Source: a virus (taxonomy: Duplodnaviria > Caudoviricetes). From it: DNA of 64,000 nt. Position numbers and translations under genes: made by a program. This document shows, in pieces, positions 9,900-17,868 of this stretch. The notes below the pieces were generated by a model that saw only the letters and a list, made by a program, of their open reading frames with translations, did no database searches and had not been told where the DNA came from. Position 1 is the stretch's first letter; each line of letters begins with the position of its first letter. Where the stretch lies: the IMG/VR virus record IMGVR_UViG_2675903334_000001; one strand, written 5' to 3'.

Positions 9900-10012
9900 T
9901 TGGTTTCCCCCTCATTTGGTTTGAATTCAATTTTGTTCACCCCCGTGAAGCTGCATAAACGCTAACACCGAGCGGCGGTAAATGGGGGGATGCGAATCGC
10001 CGTGCTGACCTG

Positions 10013-10204
10013 CTATTCCTCGGCTGGTTCGACGGGGTGTGGGTTGTCGACCCAGTCGGCGGGATCGAGGTGTGTCCATTGGCCGCTGGGGTTGTCGCCC
10101 TCGGCGATGGCCTGTTCGTCGGTCACCGGCGCAGGGTAGAAGTGGATCGCACCCGAGCACGTGCCGCATGTGCCGGTCTTCTGAAAACGCTTGATCACGG
10201 TCAT
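10013..10204 (-). CDS. Small hypothetical protein (CxxC)
   Basis: 63 aa, co-oriented downstream of the immunity gene. Confidence 0.5.
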   Translation of the reverse strand: MTVIKRFQKTGTCGTCSGAIHFYPAPVTDEQAIAEGDNPSGQWTHLDPADWVDNPHPVEPAEE

Positions 10205-10244
10205 CGCTCAATGGTCGCTGACTTGGACCGTGCATCCCGCGCAG

Positions 10245-10964
10245 CTAGTGCGGCACCTCGTCGAGCCCGTTTTCCCGCAGTGTCGCGGTCATCGCCTCTA
10301 CTACCCGTGCTGCTGGCCAGTCGTCCGGCGCGGAAATCAGTGTGCCCCCGGCTAATTTGACGGCGGTCAGTCTGTCAACGAGGTGGGTGATAGACCCGAC
10401 TTCGGTGCTGATCCATGTGCGGTAGCCGACGCCGATTTTCCAGTTTCCGCGCCGGGCGAGCTGCCGTACAGCCAGGTCGGCGAATTCCGACGTCGCCGGG
10501 TTCCACGTCTGGGCGACGGCTGCGCAAACGGCGTCAGCGTCGTTAGTAGTTAGCGCGCCTTGATGCATCTCCCGTAACTGGACAGCCAATCGGCGTGCCG
10601 GAAGACGGCGCCCGACCGCCACGCTGCCCGCCGAGATTCGAACGAGTGGGGCGATACGCGGACCAGTACCTGAGATTGAGAAGCTGTACCCGCTCTCGGG
10701 TTCAGGTTCTCCGTCGATGCCCCTGACGACATTGGCTAGGACGAAGTCGGTCAGCGAATCGGGAAGCTCTGCCCATTCATCGCCAACCGAAACATTCCAT
10801 CCGGTCACGGCGTAGTCGGACTGCAGCGAGTTCAACAGCGCGCCGGTGCGGTCCGCGATCCACTCGGGAGCCTCGCCCGAATCCACCCGAATCGCAAGCA
10901 ACGACGGACGGGCAGCGCCCCACACGGGTCGGTCGACGTCGTTCACAGTGAGCACCTCGCTCAT
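10245..10964 (-). CDS. Cognate immunity protein (Imm52-like)
   Basis: Start overlaps toxin stop by 4 bp; AVAQTWNP...VGYRTW...KLAGGTLI pattern; Imm52 is the established partner of Tox-REase-5. Confidence 0.7.
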   Translation of the reverse strand: MSEVLTVNDVDRPVWGAARPSLLAIRVDSGEAPEWIADRTGALLNSLQSDYAVTGWNVSVGDEWAELPDSLTDFVLANVVRGIDGEPEPESGYSFSISGTGPRIAPLVRISAGSVAVGRRLPARRLAVQLREMHQGALTTNDADAVCAAVAQTWNPATSEFADLAVRQLARRGNWKIGVGYRTWISTEVGSITHLVDRLTAVKLAGGTLISAPDDWPAARVVEAMTATLRENGLDEVPH

Positions 10965-12841
10965 GATTTCGGAGTGTAGATGACGTCGATGTCGTAGATA
11001 CCGTTCCCGATGAACAGTTCACGCAGTGCGCTGGCGCCGTAGGGGTCCGACACGTGCCATTCCAGCCTCGCGCCCGGTGGTAGAGCGGCTAGCTGGCTGT
11101 CGGCCTGCGCGAGTGCCTTTTCAGCTCTGCCTGTCCAGTACGAGTTATCGGGTGCAAACGCCAGCCCGCGCATCCCGTCTTTGGCTTCAAGGAACACCTC
11201 TTGCGGACCACGGAAGGTGTGCCCGTCGTAGTCGATCGTTTTCCCGGTGTCTGGGTTCGTGCTCGTGTACTCGGGAATGTGGCCCTCGGGTGTGCGTTCC
11301 ACACCGCCGATTTGGCCTTGATAGTCCATCCACGGTTTTTCGGGTCCGCGGTTAACGTGGCGCCATCCTGGGTCGGTGTCGCCTTTGGTCCATGTTGATT
11401 CAGGGGTGTGGGGTGGCCATCCGCCGGGGTGGTGCGGGTCGCCGGATGTGTAGTGCTGTCCGCCGCTCGGATCGAAAGTGTCCGGCGCGGGCGGGTGGTA
11501 CTGGGGTGGTGGCGCCGGGTGGTCGGCAGCGGGTGGTGGCGGCGCGGGATGGTCTACAGACGGGGCGGGGTGATCGACGGCTGGCGGCGAGTGGTCGGCC
11601 ACGGGGCCGGGGTGGGCGGCGCTCGGCGCTTCGACTGTTGCGTGGCCCGGTGTTGGGGGTGCGTCGTGTGGAAGGCCCGGCATGTCGAGAAGTCCGCCGC
11701 GGCCTGCGATGGTGGCGTCGCCGAGCAGTCCTCGCGCGCCGGCGGCGGCTTCCCCGGCCAGCGGCCCGGTTACCGCGACGGTACTCGCCTCGGCGAAGCC
11801 GGTCCCTATGTTCTTCGGGATGACCTCGGGATGCTGATAGGACGTGACCGCCTGGTCGATCATGTGCTTGGCGTCTTCGGCCATCCCGAGACCTGGGAAC
11901 AACGTTCTGACGGTCTCGTTCTGCAGGTCCTTGGCGGTACCGATCCACGCGTCTTTGAACTTGTCGACCCCGTTAAGGCCCACCTTGCTTTTGGCGTTGT
12001 CGATCATTCCGTCGAAGGCTTCGTTGACCCCTTTGCCGAACTGGCGGGCAACACCGGTGCCGAAACCATCCGGCGGCTTGGGGGTTCCGGGCAGTTTCTG
12101 CAATGCACCGACGGTTCCGCTGAAACTGCCCGCCTTACTGGGATCGATCGTGACCTTGTCGCTGGTCGGGGGAGTCTTCGGGTACCACTCTTTGTAGTTG
12201 GCCTGAGCGTCGCCGCCGACAGCAGCCGCGGCCTTGGTCGCGCCAGGATCACCGTCATGGTTGGGTGCCGCCGCCACGTTCTGTAGCGCTCCCAGTGCGC
12301 CGTTCGGTTTGATGGCTGAGCCCGGTGCCAGCGGCAGCCCCTGGGCAGCAGCGCCGGACGGGTCCGGAAGGCTTTGGGCGGCTTTGACCGCGGCCTCAAG
12401 GTCAGTGTTCGCGGCGTCCCCGGCTGCCCGGATCTGCCGCAGCGTGTTGGTCAGGTAGTCCAGCTCGTTTTTGTCGTACTTACCGTTGGGTGGGGTGACT
12501 TCACCGGTGTCGTAGTTGATCGTGAATTTGCCGCTGGTGGCATCGTTTTCGATCTTTTTCAGCAGCTGTTGCACGCCCTCGAATTCATCGGCGGCGCGCC
12601 GGATCTTGGCTGCCGCGCCCTGCTGTGCTTGGGCGTGCGCGTCGAGGTACTTGCCGTGCGTGTCGATCTCATGGTGAGCAGCGTCCCCGGAGACGCCTTT
12701 CCAGCCATCACCCATGATGGGCAGCTGCTCGACGCCGCGTTTCATGTCCCGGTTCGCCCCGGCCATCGCGTCGAGGCCGTCTGCGACATCGCGGAACGCC
12801 TGGACCTTGGCGCGCTTGATATCGGCCAGCGACAGCGACAT
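10961..12841 (-). CDS. ESX-secreted polymorphic toxin with C-terminal Tox-REase-5-like nuclease
   Basis: N-terminal WxG (GWKG) helical region, Pro/His linker, C-terminal YQ..I.G...DYDG...FLEAK...QA..Q...LEWHV PD-(D/E)xK motifs. Confidence 0.85.
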   Translation of the reverse strand: MSLSLADIKRAKVQAFRDVADGLDAMAGANRDMKRGVEQLPIMGDGWKGVSGDAAHHEIDTHGKYLDAHAQAQQGAAAKIRRAADEFEGVQQLLKKIENDATSGKFTINYDTGEVTPPNGKYDKNELDYLTNTLRQIRAAGDAANTDLEAAVKAAQSLPDPSGAAAQGLPLAPGSAIKPNGALGALQNVAAAPNHDGDPGATKAAAAVGGDAQANYKEWYPKTPPTSDKVTIDPSKAGSFSGTVGALQKLPGTPKPPDGFGTGVARQFGKGVNEAFDGMIDNAKSKVGLNGVDKFKDAWIGTAKDLQNETVRTLFPGLGMAEDAKHMIDQAVTSYQHPEVIPKNIGTGFAEASTVAVTGPLAGEAAAGARGLLGDATIAGRGGLLDMPGLPHDAPPTPGHATVEAPSAAHPGPVADHSPPAVDHPAPSVDHPAPPPPAADHPAPPPQYHPPAPDTFDPSGGQHYTSGDPHHPGGWPPHTPESTWTKGDTDPGWRHVNRGPEKPWMDYQGQIGGVERTPEGHIPEYTSTNPDTGKTIDYDGHTFRGPQEVFLEAKDGMRGLAFAPDNSYWTGRAEKALAQADSQLAALPPGARLEWHVSDPYGASALRELFIGNGIYDIDVIYTPKS

Positions 12842-12847
12842 GACGGG

Positions 12848-13162
12848 TTACGCCTTGGCCTGCGGTCGGCTGCCCAGGATGTTCACGGCGTTCTGTTCTT
12901 CCATCCCGGCGAAGGCGTACCCGATCTGATCGAACGCGTCGCGGTAATGGGTGGCCTCGTTCTCGACATGCTTGGAATGGCCCTGCCATCCAGTCGACTC
13001 ACTACTGAGCGCCGAGGCCGCACCACCAACCCACCCGGACATGGCCGCACTGATCGCCGCGTGTGCCTTGGCGTGGGCGGCGCGGTGCGCGGCCAGCAGC
13101 CGATCCATCTCGTCGGCGGAACGGTGCAGCAACTCGGGATTGACTTGTAGATGTCCGGTCAT
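12848..13162 (-). CDS. WXG100 (ESAT-6-like) protein
   Basis: 104 aa, central WQG motif, directly upstream of the toxin. Confidence 0.88.
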   Translation of the reverse strand: MTGHLQVNPELLHRSADEMDRLLAAHRAAHAKAHAAISAAMSGWVGGAASALSSESTGWQGHSKHVENEATHYRDAFDQIGYAFAGMEEQNAVNILGSRPQAKA

Positions 13163-13308
13163 CGCACCCCCAGCGGCCCCTAGCTAAAAGATAGGCAGAA
13201 CGTTACACCGAGGTCTAGCAACATGCTTGGGTGCCTTGCTGGTCGGTACGTACCGCCGTTCCGTGGTGCCGTGAGGGGAGTCGGGCCGGTAGTGAGCGGT
13301 GCGCCGGT

Positions 13309-13325
13309 TGTTGACGTGGTCAACA
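13309..13325. promoter_or_regulatory. Inverted repeat TGTTGAC-gtg-GTCAACA, candidate integrase arm-type site
   Basis: Perfect 7-3-7 palindrome about 90 bp left of the att core. Confidence 0.5.
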
Positions 13326-13416
13326 CTGCCCCGGACAACCGCAGGTGGCGAGAGTCAGCGAAAACGTCCGAGAATCGCCAAAACCCTGGTCGGGGTGCAT
13401 AACCGCAGGTCACGGG

Positions 13417-13441
13417 CGGGTTCAATTCCCGGCAGCTCCAC
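13417..13441 (+). other. att core: duplicate of tmRNA (ssrA) 3' end (T-arm and acceptor strand), junction of the two prophages
   Basis: CGGGTTCAATTCCCGGCAGCTCCAC matches the known mycobacterial ssrA 3' end; rest of tmRNA absent; immediately upstream of integrase. Confidence 0.85.
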
Positions 13442-13485
13442 AATTAAATACGCCTTGAACAGCAGTAATGCAATCACGCGACGCC

Positions 13486-13531
13486 ATGCAACGCCATATG
13501 CAACACCTTTCGGTGATATGGTCCGTTGCAT
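13486..13531. promoter_or_regulatory. ATGCAAC repeats (13486, 13498, inverted near 13524) and extended -10 TGaTATGGT of a leaderless integrase promoter
   Basis: Direct reading; -10 ends 7 nt before ATG 13530 and no SD is present. Confidence 0.5.
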
Positions 13532-14615
13532 GGCGTCGATTCGTACGCGGTCGCTCAAGTCCGGCGAATGCTGGGACGTGCTCTACCGCATGGGCGGCCG
13601 CCAGTTCTCGCTGACTTTTGAGAGCTCAGGGGCCGCCGATGCGTTCCGAACGCTCGTTGACGCCCACGGCGCAGAGCGGGCACTCCAGATGCACAACATT
13701 GCGCTACCCGAACCACGCTCAGGCCTGACTGTCGGGAAGTGGGTGACGCATCACATCGAGCACCTGACCGGTGTGGATCAACGGACCGTTCAGGACTACC
13801 TCGGGTATCTCAAGAACGACATCGAGCCCGCATTCGGTGCGATGCCTCTAGAGGCACTGTCGCGGGAGGACGTCTCGCTGTGGGTGCAATCGTTGGGAGA
13901 TAAGCACGCCGCCAAGACCGTCGCCAATAAGCACGGCTTCCTCTCGGCCGCGCTGGCGACGGCGGTGGCTGCGGGGAAGATCGCCAGCAATCCGGCCGAC
14001 CGGACCCGCCTGCCGCGCGGCATTGGTCACGAAATGGTCTTCCTCACCAAGAGCGAATTCGCCCATCTCAACGAGCAGGTCACCGAGCCATGGCGCCCAC
14101 TGCCCGAGTTCCTGGTCACCTCCGGAGCCCGTTGGGGTGAGGTAAGTGCCCTCAAGCCCTCGGACGTGGACCGCGACGCTGGAACCGTCCGCATCACGCG
14201 GGCGTGGAGGCGCGACAACCACGGATACCGCATCGGACCACCGAAGACGAAGCGGTCGGTCCGCACGATCAACGTTCCCGGGTCGGTGCTTGAGAAACTC
14301 GACTACTCAGGGGAGTGGCTGTTCACCAACCCCGGGCGAGGTCGACGTGCCGAGGGTGGCCCGGTGCGTGCTGTGAACTTCCGCGCAAACGTCTGGACGC
14401 CGGCCGTCGAGCGAGCTGAGCTTGACCCGCGGCCAAGGATTCACGATATGCGGCACACCTGCGCGTCGTGGCTCATCGCGGCCGGCGTTCCGCTGCCGGT
14501 CATCCAGCGGCACCTCGGGCATGAGTCCATCACCACAACGGTCAATACGTATGGGCACCTTGATCGGTCCTCGATGCGGGCTGCGGCCGAGGTGATGGAG
14601 AGGGCGCTGGCTTAA
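13530..14615 (+). CDS. int: Tyrosine integrase
   Basis: SGARWGE (R), RIHDMRH (HxxR), LGHESITTTVNTYGH (H/Y) catalytic boxes; adjacent to att. Confidence 0.97.
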   Translation: MASIRTRSLKSGECWDVLYRMGGRQFSLTFESSGAADAFRTLVDAHGAERALQMHNIALPEPRSGLTVGKWVTHHIEHLTGVDQRTVQDYLGYLKNDIEPAFGAMPLEALSREDVSLWVQSLGDKHAAKTVANKHGFLSAALATAVAAGKIASNPADRTRLPRGIGHEMVFLTKSEFAHLNEQVTEPWRPLPEFLVTSGARWGEVSALKPSDVDRDAGTVRITRAWRRDNHGYRIGPPKTKRSVRTINVPGSVLEKLDYSGEWLFTNPGRGRRAEGGPVRAVNFRANVWTPAVERAELDPRPRIHDMRHTCASWLIAAGVPLPVIQRHLGHESITTTVNTYGHLDRSSMRAAAEVMERALA

Positions 14616-14672
14616 CTGACCTTCGCGGGTAATCGGCACCACAAGAGGCGCGTCGTAGGGCAGACTTGCCCG

Positions 14673-15452
14673 GTGCCGAACATCGATGTGAATGGGCAGT
14701 CCATCCACTACACCGACAACGGGGCAGATGGCCCCGTGATCCTGGCGACGCATGCGACGCTGATGGATGTCGTTTCGTTGGACAAGCTGACGAAGCGCTT
14801 GCCAGGCAGAGTGATCGCGTTCGATCTGCGCGGCCACGGTCAAACCGTCTACGACCGGCAGCCCTATGACTACCTTGACGTGGCGCAAGACGCCCTCGGC
14901 TTGATGGATCAGCTTGGCGTTGAACACTTCACGTTCCTAGGCGAGGGCCAGGGCGCCGTGGTTGCCCTGCGTACCGCGCTCGCTGCGCCGGAGCGTGTCG
15001 ACCGACTGATCCTGATCGGACCGACCGCAGATGCCGCTTCCGACAGCGAGAATGCCGCACTGGATGCGTCCATGGACGTTTGGTGCACACTAGGTCCGGA
15101 CCCGGAGGTCTATCACCTCGTCGCGCAGTATGCGACCGGTGGCAGCCCGGAGGACGCCGCCGATCTGCTGCGGCGGTGGCAGTCGTCCGCGTGGCGTGAC
15201 TATCGCCCTGCCGCGACCGCCCTCGCAACCCGCCCCAGATTCGTAGATCAACTGCACGAAATCACCTGCCCGACTCTCATCGTTCATGGCACCGGCGACT
15301 TCTACGTGTCCATCGATTTCGGGCGGGAGGTTTCCGAAAATTTAGGTGGACCAACGGAATTCGTGGAGCTGCCCACTGAGCGTCAGGCGATCACCGTCGC
15401 GTTTGATCCGCGTGTAGGCGACGCTGTGCTCAGCTGGCTTGGCGATCGATAA
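14673..15452 (+). CDS. Alpha/beta-hydrolase-fold protein lacking catalytic Ser and His (pseudoenzyme)
   Basis: DLRGHG, PERVDRLILIG, CPTLIVHGTGD fold motifs; elbow reads GEGQG instead of GxSxG; RQ where GH is expected. Confidence 0.85.
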   Translation: MPNIDVNGQSIHYTDNGADGPVILATHATLMDVVSLDKLTKRLPGRVIAFDLRGHGQTVYDRQPYDYLDVAQDALGLMDQLGVEHFTFLGEGQGAVVALRTALAAPERVDRLILIGPTADAASDSENAALDASMDVWCTLGPDPEVYHLVAQYATGGSPEDAADLLRRWQSSAWRDYRPAATALATRPRFVDQLHEITCPTLIVHGTGDFYVSIDFGREVSENLGGPTEFVELPTERQAITVAFDPRVGDAVLSWLGDR

Positions 15453-16143
15453 CTGCCCCGAACAGTAGAACGCCATCATGCATCGATGAGCGCCACGCCC
15501 TCATATCGACCGTCACGATATCTTCGGTGTCGAGGTCGCGCAGAACCCACGGTCGCGTCGCGGGGTCGATCGGTATTATCTGCGAATCCCATTGCCGCTT
15601 AAATACTTTGATCGGCATGAGGCTACGCACAACCGACTGTAACCCAAGGTCGCTCGGTGCTGCGGCCAGTCCGAAACGCAACAGGCCGACGCACCATTCC
15701 GAGGTCTCGTCCCAGTTCTGGATTACATCGAGCGCCTTGGTTGAGTGGTAATGCCAGTGCACCAGGTTGGGCGTGATCCACACACCCTTGAACAGGCGCA
15801 TGAATTCATCATTTGCTTCCTCGACCGTCCACCCCGCGCTCATCCATGCCGCGGGATGCGGGTTGACTGCCTGTATGTACCTGCGGATATCCGGCATTGG
15901 CATTGCGGTCTCCGTAGCCATCTTGCCCCCGAGTGCATGTAAGTAGTGCGATTCCCATGACGATAACCCCAGCGCGCGCGAAATGGCGGCGAGTGCTGTT
16001 GCTGGCGGTACGTGACTGTTGGACTCGACCTGCCGCACCCAAGATGCCGAGTAGCCGGTCAGGTCCGCGAGCTCCCGCTGGCTTGTACCACGTCGACCGC
16101 GCGCAGCACGCAAGAATGACCCAAGATCATTGCCTGCGAACAT
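15430..16143 (-). CDS. XRE-family HTH regulator with MmyB-like (MLTR) ligand-binding domain
   Basis: LGSFLRAAR...SQRELADLTGYSASWVRQVE HTH, then PAAW...EAN...F...PNLV...W pattern of MLTR_LBD. Confidence 0.8.
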   Translation of the reverse strand: MFAGNDLGSFLRAARGRRGTSQRELADLTGYSASWVRQVESNSHVPPATALAAISRALGLSSWESHYLHALGGKMATETAMPMPDIRRYIQAVNPHPAAWMSAGWTVEEANDEFMRLFKGVWITPNLVHWHYHSTKALDVIQNWDETSEWCVGLLRFGLAAAPSDLGLQSVVRSLMPIKVFKRQWDSQIIPIDPATRPWVLRDLDTEDIVTVDMRAWRSSMHDGVLLFGAVIDRQAS

Positions 16144-16160
16144 ACAACAAACGTAAACAC

Positions 16161-16172
16161 TCAAGAGCTTGA
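16161..16172. promoter_or_regulatory. Palindrome TCAAG-AG-CTTGA in divergent regulator/membrane-gene promoter region
   Basis: Perfect inverted repeat just upstream of -10-like TACGTT (minus strand) that lies 6 nt before ATG 16143. Confidence 0.45.
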
Positions 16173-16342
16173 CCGATACCTCAGCCTGATGATTGGCTGT
16201 AAATCCGAATCTCGCACGACTCAGGGGGGAACCGAGAGATGTTGAGCACCTGAATAATTGGCTTGCTGAGCGAGCCCACACCCTCCGGTTTCCGGTGATT
16301 CGTTAGAACCTCTCCCATCCGCTCCGTTCAGGAGGTATGTCA

Positions 16343-17122
16343 ATGCACGCTGCCCTCATCACGTTCACCGTGGCGACCATCTGCTGGTCGCTATGGATAC
16401 GGAGGGTGACATGGACCCGGCGAATGGAAGTTGCTGCCACCCTCAACATTGCCCTACAGGCCGCAGCACTATTCCTGATGTCTCCGCTGGCCTCAAGTAC
16501 TATCGGCCTCGCCCCACACGCGCTCACCGGCTGCTGGAATCTTGAGGATTTGTTAGCGCATGACCTCTATATCGTGGCCGCCTCGGCCATCGTGTACCAC
16601 ATGCTCCTGCGGCTAGATCGGCAGCAGTTAACGCGCCGATTCCGGTTGCACATCGAATTACCTGCGACGATAAGCCTTCCGATCATGTTGGCGCTATTCA
16701 CATTCGGGCCAGGTGCGCAGGAATACCGTGCCGACTTTTTTCGCGCCCCGACTGACTGGTGGCTCAATGCCTACTGGTGGGTGATATGCGGCACCTTGAT
16801 TTACCTGCTGGGGTACAGCGTGCTCGCCCTCATACCGATGTGGCACGAGCCATCAATCCGCGGACTATCTGCGGCGTACATGCTGGCGGCTGGCGCGGGG
16901 ATCGTTGCCTGCCTCGCCCGGATTGCGACGACCCTGCTACCAGCGGCAATGCAGGACACCTCGGGAGCGTCGCTTGCCGTATGGGTGCCGGCCTGCCTGT
17001 GCGGGGCTGGATATGCGGCGATCTTGGCCCAGTCTTGGCTAACGAAGAATCGGGTTACGGGGCGTCAGTCGCAGGGTCGTATACGTCCCGATGGACAGGA
17101 GTTTTCCGGGGCCGCGTCTTAG
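16343..17122 (+). CDS. Polytopic membrane protein (MAB_1171c-like family)
   Basis: GGAGG SD 7 nt before ATG 16343; about 7 hydrophobic segments; WNLEDLLAH, DFF...W motifs. Confidence 0.7.
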   Translation: MHAALITFTVATICWSLWIRRVTWTRRMEVAATLNIALQAAALFLMSPLASSTIGLAPHALTGCWNLEDLLAHDLYIVAASAIVYHMLLRLDRQQLTRRFRLHIELPATISLPIMLALFTFGPGAQEYRADFFRAPTDWWLNAYWWVICGTLIYLLGYSVLALIPMWHEPSIRGLSAAYMLAAGAGIVACLARIATTLLPAAMQDTSGASLAVWVPACLCGAGYAAILAQSWLTKNRVTGRQSQGRIRPDGQEFSGAAS

Positions 17123-17450
17123 TCGTGGTGCGGCCCTGCGCTTTTGGGGCACTCTCGGTACCCCCAGTGAATCCGGGGAAGCCTGGCTGTGGTCCGATGA
17201 TCCCGAATTCAACCTGCAGGTTGATGAAGCCGTCGTCTCCGAGCTTGTAGTAAGCGGCGATCTGCCGCAACTCCTCTGCGTTCGGAAAGTCTTCGGCGTC
17301 TCTGCGGCCCGTTGTCCGGTTGTCTCCGCGATATTGAAATGGGCTGAGTCCTGCGGCTTCGTGCACTTCGGTGACACGAACGTCAGCGCCGACGATCTCG
17401 GCTTGCAAGAACGTCTTGAGGTCGCGCCCTCTGCGATCGGTTCTCGGCAC
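17055..17450 (-). CDS. Immunity repressor (XRE-like), probably leaderless
   Basis: Divergent from Cro-like gene; FPNAEELRQIAAYY motif; SigA promoter ends 6 nt before GTG. Confidence 0.7.
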   Translation of the reverse strand: MPRTDRRGRDLKTFLQAEIVGADVRVTEVHEAAGLSPFQYRGDNRTTGRRDAEDFPNAEELRQIAAYYKLGDDGFINLQVEFGIIGPQPGFPGFTGGTESAPKAQGRTTTKTRPRKTPVHRDVYDPATDAP

Positions 17451-17456
17451 GCCCGA

Positions 17457-17486
17457 ATGCTATCCCGGATTTCCGGAACTCGTCAA
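17457..17486 (-). promoter_or_regulatory. SigA-type promoter of repressor (TTGACG-18-TAGCAT)
   Basis: Consensus -35/-10 read on the minus strand. Confidence 0.75.
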
Positions 17487-17599
17487 TCGAGCTGACGTGC
17501 TGAAATGCGGCAAACGGCGCTCTCCAAATCGTGACTTTCCGCAAAATAGTGCTGGAATTCCGTAACGCGATGCTAGTCTTCCAGCTGTGAGTTACGGAC
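17471..17599. promoter_or_regulatory. Candidate operators TTCCGNAA (17471, 17537, 17558; variant 17592) and extended -10 TGCTAGTCT for cro
   Basis: Repeated quasi-palindromic octamer overlapping both divergent promoters. Confidence 0.55.
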
Positions 17600-17868
17600 T
17601 GGAGTGGCTCCCCCAGGGAGTCCAAAACACATTGGCCGTCAACGGAATTGAGACGGCCGCCCAACTGTCCCGAGCCATCAAAGTCAGCAACTCGGTTGTT
17701 TACGACGCGTTCGACAAAGACTGGAAGGGGCGGGCCACGCCCACCCTGATTGACGCGATGTGCCGGACGTTCGGCGTCCCGATGCATCAGCTTGTCGTGG
17801 AGCCGATGACCAAGGTCAAGAGAATCCCCGCCGTCACTAGCGGCCGGAAGCGCCGGGCTACCGCATGA
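17587..17868 (+). CDS. Cro-like HTH protein
   Basis: ETAAQLSRAIKVSNSVVY HTH; first gene of early lytic operon. Confidence 0.7.
   Translation: MSYGLEWLPQGVQNTLAVNGIETAAQLSRAIKVSNSVVYDAFDKDWKGRATPTLIDAMCRTFGVPMHQLVVEPMTKVKRIPAVTSGRKRRATA

Larger units (their letters stand above)
1..13441 (+). mobile_element. Prophage 1, right end (tail tip, lysis, ESX toxin cassette, attR)
   Basis: Tail, lysin A/B and holin genes followed by a WXG100 toxin cassette, ending at a tmRNA-3'-end duplicate; left part lies outside the window. Confidence 0.9.

Noticed and set aside
11408-12286. Forward ORFs opposite the toxin gene
   Set aside because: Low-complexity Arg/Gly/Val translations of the antisense strand of the Pro-rich toxin linker
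13417-13441. Complete tRNA or tmRNA gene
   Set aside because: Only the T-arm and acceptor 3' strand are present; upstream sequence does not continue as tmRNA
13180-13443. Reverse ORF MWSCRELNP... spanning the att core
   Set aside because: Artefact of reading the tmRNA 3'-end complement. It is not the repressor, so there is no evidence for integration-dependent immunity here
13299-13529. Long N-terminal extension of integrase given by the ORF track; similar extensions for 6510, 15430-16281, 23391, 24771, 28534, 30594, 50594
   Set aside because: They run through att or overlap upstream genes; downstream starts with SD, -10 box or 4-bp coupling fit better
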